NCBI GenBank assembly: GCA_963803805.1
Contig: CAWDOD010000004.1
Coordinates: forward strand, 160,001 to 224,000
Length of the DNA stretch: 64,000 nucleotides
Origin: an uncultured cyanobacterium
GTDB lineage: Bacteria > Cyanobacteriota > Cyanobacteriia > Cyanobacteriales > CAWCAG01
Direction of reading: 5' to 3'
In this document: piece after piece, positions 60,240 to 64,000 of the stretch
Position numbering within the stretch: the stretch's first letter is position 1
Layout: each line of letters starts with the position of its first letter
Notes under the pieces: generated by a model
Told to the model about the DNA's origin: nothing
The model's database searches: none
Seen by the model: only the letters and a program-made list of their open reading frames with translations
Made by a program: the position numbers and the translations under genes

Positions 60240-61605
60240 TCAAGTCATTGGTGGCGGTCGCGACCAAGATTCATCAGGTTTTGCCTGGTGGGCAGGAAAT
60301 GCCCGTCTCATCAACCTTTCCGGTAAACTTTTAGGCGCTCATGTCGCCCATGCAGGACTGATCGTCTTTTGGGCAGGTGCAATGACCATTTTTGAGGTCG
60401 CTCACTTTGTCCCAGAAAAACCTTTATACGAACAAGGTTTCATTCTTCTACCTCACCTAGCAACCCTTGGTTGGGGTGTTGGGCCTGGTGGTGAAATCAT
60501 TGATACTTTTCCCTACTTTGTAGTTGGTGTTTTACACCTCATTTCTTCGGCTGTCCTCGGACTTGGTGGTATTTACCACGCCGTGCGGGGTCCAGAAACC
60601 TTAGAAGAATATTCTGACTTCTTTGGTTATGACTGGAAAGACAAAGATAAGATGACTAGCATCATCGGCTTTCACCTAATTATGTTAGGTTTAGGCGCTT
60701 TATTGTTAGTTGCCAAAGCAATGTTCTTTGGTGGAGTGTATGATACCTGGGCCCCCGGTGGCGGAGATGTCCGTATTATTAACAACCCCACCCTCAACCC
60801 AGCAGTTATTTTTGGTTATCTAATCAAAGCACCTTTCGGTGGCGAAGGTTGGATCATCAGTGTCGATAACATGGAAGACATTATCGGCGGACATATTTGG
60901 ATTGGTTTGATTTGCATCGCTGGCGGTGTTTGGCACATCCTCACCAAGCCTTTTGGTTGGGCCCGTCGTGCCTTCATCTGGTCTGGTGAAGCTTATCTTT
61001 CCTACAGCTTAGGTGCGTTGGCCATGATGGCTTTTATTGCTTCTAATTACGTTTGGTTCAACAATACCGCTTATCCTAGCGAATTTTACGGACCAACTAA
61101 TGCAGAGGCTTCCCAAGCTCAATCTTTTATCTTTCTAGTCCGTGACCAGAGTATGGGTGCTAACATCGCATCTTCTCAAGGTCCTACTGGTTTAGGTAAA
61201 TACTTGATGCGTTCCCCCACTGGAGAAATTATCTTTGGCGGTGAAACCATGCGCTTCTGGGACTTCCGTGGCCCTTGGTTAGAGCCTTTACGTGGTCCTA
61301 ATGGTCTTGATATTGACAAGATCAGGAATGACGTTCAGCCTTGGCAACTACGTCGTGCTGCTGAGTATATGACTCACGCCCCTAACGGCTCTTTGAACTC
61401 TGTAGGCGGGATCATTACTGAGCCTAACGCTTTTAACTATGTTAACCCCCGTGCTTGGTTAGCAACTTCTCACTTTGTACTGGCCTTTTTCTTCTTAATT
61501 GGTCATTTATGGCACGCAGGCAGGGCCCGTGCTGCTGTTGCTGGCTTTGAGAAGGGTATTGATCGCGAAAGCGAACCAGTATTATCTATGCCTGATTTAG
61601 ACTAA
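60223..61605 (+). CDS. psbC: Photosystem II CP43 protein
   Basis: GTG start overlapping the psbD 3' end; [28 protein letters not shown]. Confidence 0.98.
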   Translation: MVTLSSQVIGGGRDQDSSGFAWWAGNARLINLSGKLLGAHVAHAGLIVFWAGAMTIFEVAHFVPEKPLYEQGFILLPHLATLGWGVGPGGEIIDTFPYFVVGVLHLISSAVLGLGGIYHAVRGPETLEEYSDFFGYDWKDKDKMTSIIGFHLIMLGLGALLLVAKAMFFGGVYDTWAPGGGDVRIINNPTLNPAVIFGYLIKAPFGGEGWIISVDNMEDIIGGHIWIGLICIAGGVWHILTKPFGWARRAFIWSGEAYLSYSLGALAMMAFIASNYVWFNNTAYPSEFYGPTNAEASQAQSFIFLVRDQSMGANIASSQGPTGLGKYLMRSPTGEIIFGGETMRFWDFRGPWLEPLRGPNGLDIDKIRNDVQPWQLRRAAEYMTHAPNGSLNSVGGIITEPNAFNYVNPRAWLATSHFVLAFFFLIGHLWHAGRARAAVAGFEKGIDRESEPVLSMPDLD

Positions 61606-61649
61606 TTACTTTCTTAAAGCTAGTAATTAAGTCATAAATTAAGCAAGTT

Positions 61650-61683
61650 GCTCCTACTAATATATTAGTAGGAGCTTTTTTTT
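61650..61683 (+). terminator. Intrinsic terminator of psbDC
   Basis: GCTCCTACTAAT/ATTAGTAGGAGC stem followed by a T8 run. Confidence 0.9.
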
Positions 61684-61924
61684 GAGAAAATTAGCCTTTC
61701 CAGAAAATATTAATTTCTGCAACAAAGACTGGTAGTTTGCATAATTAACCTAAATTAAGACTGAAAAGAATATAGAAACAAGTCAATCCTGAGTACAGTT
61801 TTAAGCAAAAATCCTGGTCTTCATCAACAAACTATCTTAACCAAAGAAGAAATTCAACTTGTACTCTTAATTATTTGGTTAGATTCATAATTCATTGTGT
61901 AAGAAGTAAGGGAAAATTCTACAT

Positions 61925-62377
61925 ATGCAAGGGACTAAAAGAATTTGGATTTCTCAACCTGGCAATTTTTACCACAAACTCAGTAGTTTAACTCTAGAAA
62001 GAGTTGCAAACCAACTCCTCAACAATCCTGAACAAAAAAGAACTCGTCAGGAAATAGAAGTTGCGATCGCCCGTTACAAAATGTTTTTGTATATCCAATA
62101 TCTCTATCCTCATTTACAATTAGTTCCTACTCAAGAAATAGATGAAGTTTGGCACGTCCACATTCTTCTGAATACTTTTAAGTACATACAAGATTGTCAA
62201 GGTTTATTTGGTCGTATTATTCACCACGCTAGCATTACTGAACTGCCCCAACAGGAAAGCAAAACTCTAACCTTGGCTAGAACTCAAGCACTTTTTGAAC
62301 TTCACTTTGGCAAAGATAGTTTAACAAAGAAAAGTCAGTCAGCAGCTTGCGGTATGCCAAGGCTGGGGAAGGGATGA
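61925..62377 (+). CDS. GRDP/DUF1399-like protein
   Basis: AIARYKMFL...LVPTQEIDEVWHVHIL.T.KY..DC..LFG.IIHH. Confidence 0.75.
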   Translation: MQGTKRIWISQPGNFYHKLSSLTLERVANQLLNNPEQKRTRQEIEVAIARYKMFLYIQYLYPHLQLVPTQEIDEVWHVHILLNTFKYIQDCQGLFGRIIHHASITELPQQESKTLTLARTQALFELHFGKDSLTKKSQSAACGMPRLGKG

Positions 62378-62409
62378 TGTGATGATAGCCATTGATTTTA
62401 ATTATTTAC

Positions 62410-63565
62410 TTAAGGAATAATCTCTGTTACCACCCTTTCACCCGTTTCCCCCCCTGTAACTACGACATTATCTTTATTAAGTTGTCCTACTGCTTTGTTA
62501 CCTTTTGTCTTAACAGGGGGATTAGTTCTTTGATACACTACATTTCCTTGCGCTTCAATTTTTTGAGTGGGAATATCCCAAAAAAATTGATTAGCATCTA
62601 GCTTAGATTGGTTGCGGGAACTAGTTCCTGTAACACCATTACTTAGACGAGCAACTTCATCTTTTAAATCTATTTTGCCTTCATTGCCTATAACGGTTGT
62701 TTGTTCGGTTTCATGAACAATTTGTATTGGTTGATTAGAAATAACTGTTTGCGCTTTGGTATTCCAGATAGCATTATTAGAAGCAATTTGTAGAGGAGGA
62801 GTAAGGGATTTTAATTCGACATTTTTGGTTAAGATTATGACCATAGTTTGCAAATCTAATTGAGAACTATCTGCTTCAACCCTTTCAGTAATAACCTTCT
62901 CCTTGTAGCGATTTATCTGAATTCTCTTATCCCCAAGCACCTTTTTTTGGGGGATCTTCCAAATCAAATGTTCAGTTTGTAATTGCAAGGCTTGTTCAAA
63001 AGTTGTTGCCGCAATTTTCCCTACCAAATCTAACTCTTGAGTTTTAGTTGTGTAACGCCCCTCTGTAGCTGAAAGTTCTAGTTGTTTCGGACGGCTAGCG
63101 GTAAGATTGTTCCTGACAATTACGAGGTCTTCTTCTGGTCGCCATTCTAACTCATCCCCTCGAAAGATAAGGTTATTGCGAATATCAATAGCTTCGATTT
63201 TATCTCTTAAAAAGATTACTTTACCGTCTTCTTTAACTTCACCTTTTTTAGCTTTAACCTGCAAGACAATTTTGCCATCTTGATATAAATTCCCTGCCGG
63301 GTTTTCTAACAAAGCAAGTTTATTATCTTCGTTATAGCTAGTTTTATCTGCCTTCATTTTCCAGACAGTCTTGCCGCTATCATCCACCTCTTCTAAGGTG
63401 GCATTGTTAATAACTAAACGATTTTCTGGTTCTGAAGTATTATTTTTAACAGCAGGCTCTATTGCTACCTGGCTGTTTAGCTTGTTGCTTGCAACTAGTA
63501 AAACTAAACAGCAGTAGTAAAAGAACAGATTTAGTAAACCAACTAACTAAGAAAGTTTGTTTCAA
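62410..63565 (-). CDS. lptC: LPS export protein LptC (cyanobacterial tandem-domain type), frameshifted near 63470
   Basis: TTG at 63565 gives MKQTFLVSWFTKSVLLLLLFSFTSC (lipobox-like); the other frame continues QVAIEPAVKNNTSEPENRLVINNATLEEVDDSG into a beta-jellyroll-like ORF. Confidence 0.8.
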
Positions 63566-63602
63566 TTTAGATTCTATCTATTTTGCTAAATAGCACAGGA
63601 TT

Positions 63603-64000
63603 TTAGTCCCTAAGAGTTTTATCTTGGCTATCTAAAATGCCAAGACCAGAAAAACTACTGTAGCTGCCATTATGTTTGCTGGTTTTTTGGATGCTGCTTT
63701 TAATATCATCCAAGTCTATATATCTATCAGCAACGTTAATTAAACTATCACTGGTCATAGAACGCAAACTCACAACCTCTACCCTCGCACCGCGATAACT
63801 TACAGCATCAACAGCATAGGCTAAATCTCCATCACCACTAACTAAAACTGCTGTATCATAAGCTCCTACTAAAGCCATCATATCTACAGCAATTTCTACA
63901 TCTAGGTTGGCTTTTTTAGAGCCATCTGGTAGCTGCACTAAATCCTTAGCAATAACTCGATAGCCATTGCGACGCATCCACAGGAGAAATCCTTGTTGTT
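63603..64000 (-). CDS. NYN/LabA-DUF88 domain protein, 3' part
   Basis: GFLLWMRRNGYRV, KANLDVEIAVD, LVSGDGD. Confidence 0.9.
   Translation of the reverse strand, partial: QQGFLLWMRRNGYRVIAKDLVQLPDGSKKANLDVEIAVDMMALVGAYDTAVLVSGDGDLAYAVDAVSYRGARVEVVSLRSMTSDSLINVADRYIDLDDIKSSIQKTSKHNGSYSSFSGLGILDSQDKTLRD

Larger units (their letters stand above)
4555..62070. repeat. HIP1 octamer GCGATCGC dispersed through the window
   Basis: At least 34 exact copies counted by eye, e.g. at 5041, 6991, 10260, 17921, 27302, 35284, 43782 and 62063. Confidence 0.95.

Noticed and set aside
59181..61605. Far-red (FaRLiP) photosystem II genes
   Set aside because: D2 has the standard HNWTLNP, the psbD-psbC overlap is conventional, and no rfp, apc or chlF genes are nearby
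3393..62601. Many 60-140-aa ORFs antisense to or nested in identified genes (e.g. 8712..8996, 43100..43471, 55124..55546)
   Set aside because: Shadow ORFs of well-supported genes with no independent motifs
1807..64000. A circadian gene cluster (pex, sasA, labA-like)
   Set aside because: The genes are separated by many unrelated housekeeping genes, kaiABC is absent, and the NYN protein cannot be assigned to LabA specifically

Overview
AT-rich cyanobacterial chromosomal segment: psbD-psbC, petL, pex, sasA, a hetF homologue, and at least 34 copies of the HIP1 octamer GCGATCGC. It is mostly housekeeping genes (serS 5' end, hisA, htpG, lnt, clpP, miaE, rsmG, pheS, tatC, lptC, GH13 amylase, GH57 branching enzyme) mixed with signalling and secreted proteins. 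I found no rRNA, tRNA, CRISPR array or intact transposase. Six genes are split by apparent single-base frameshifts, several at short homopolymer runs, which points mainly to assembly error. Most notable observations: (i) a decayed ABC/AAA ATPase plus TOPRIM-like (DUF3226) pair resembling an anti-phage module whose effector is cut before its DxD motif; (ii) scattered parts of a possible CHAT/CHASE2/DUF928 extracytoplasmic signalling set, including an output-less CHASE2 receptor, a TPR-CHAT protein lacking its catalytic Cys, and DUF928 proteins with a copy-variable Arg-terminated N-terminal motif; (iii) two tandem secreted helical-repeat paralogues differing by whole-repeat deletions; (iv) a 148-bp MITE with an 8-bp target duplication nested in another repeat whose empty copy lies 2.5 kb away; (v) a hairpin with pseudoknot or attenuator potential in the pex leader; (vi) a petL gene missed by the ORF track; (vii) an atypical CP43 lumenal loop. 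All family assignments come from motif recognition by eye, not from database searches.
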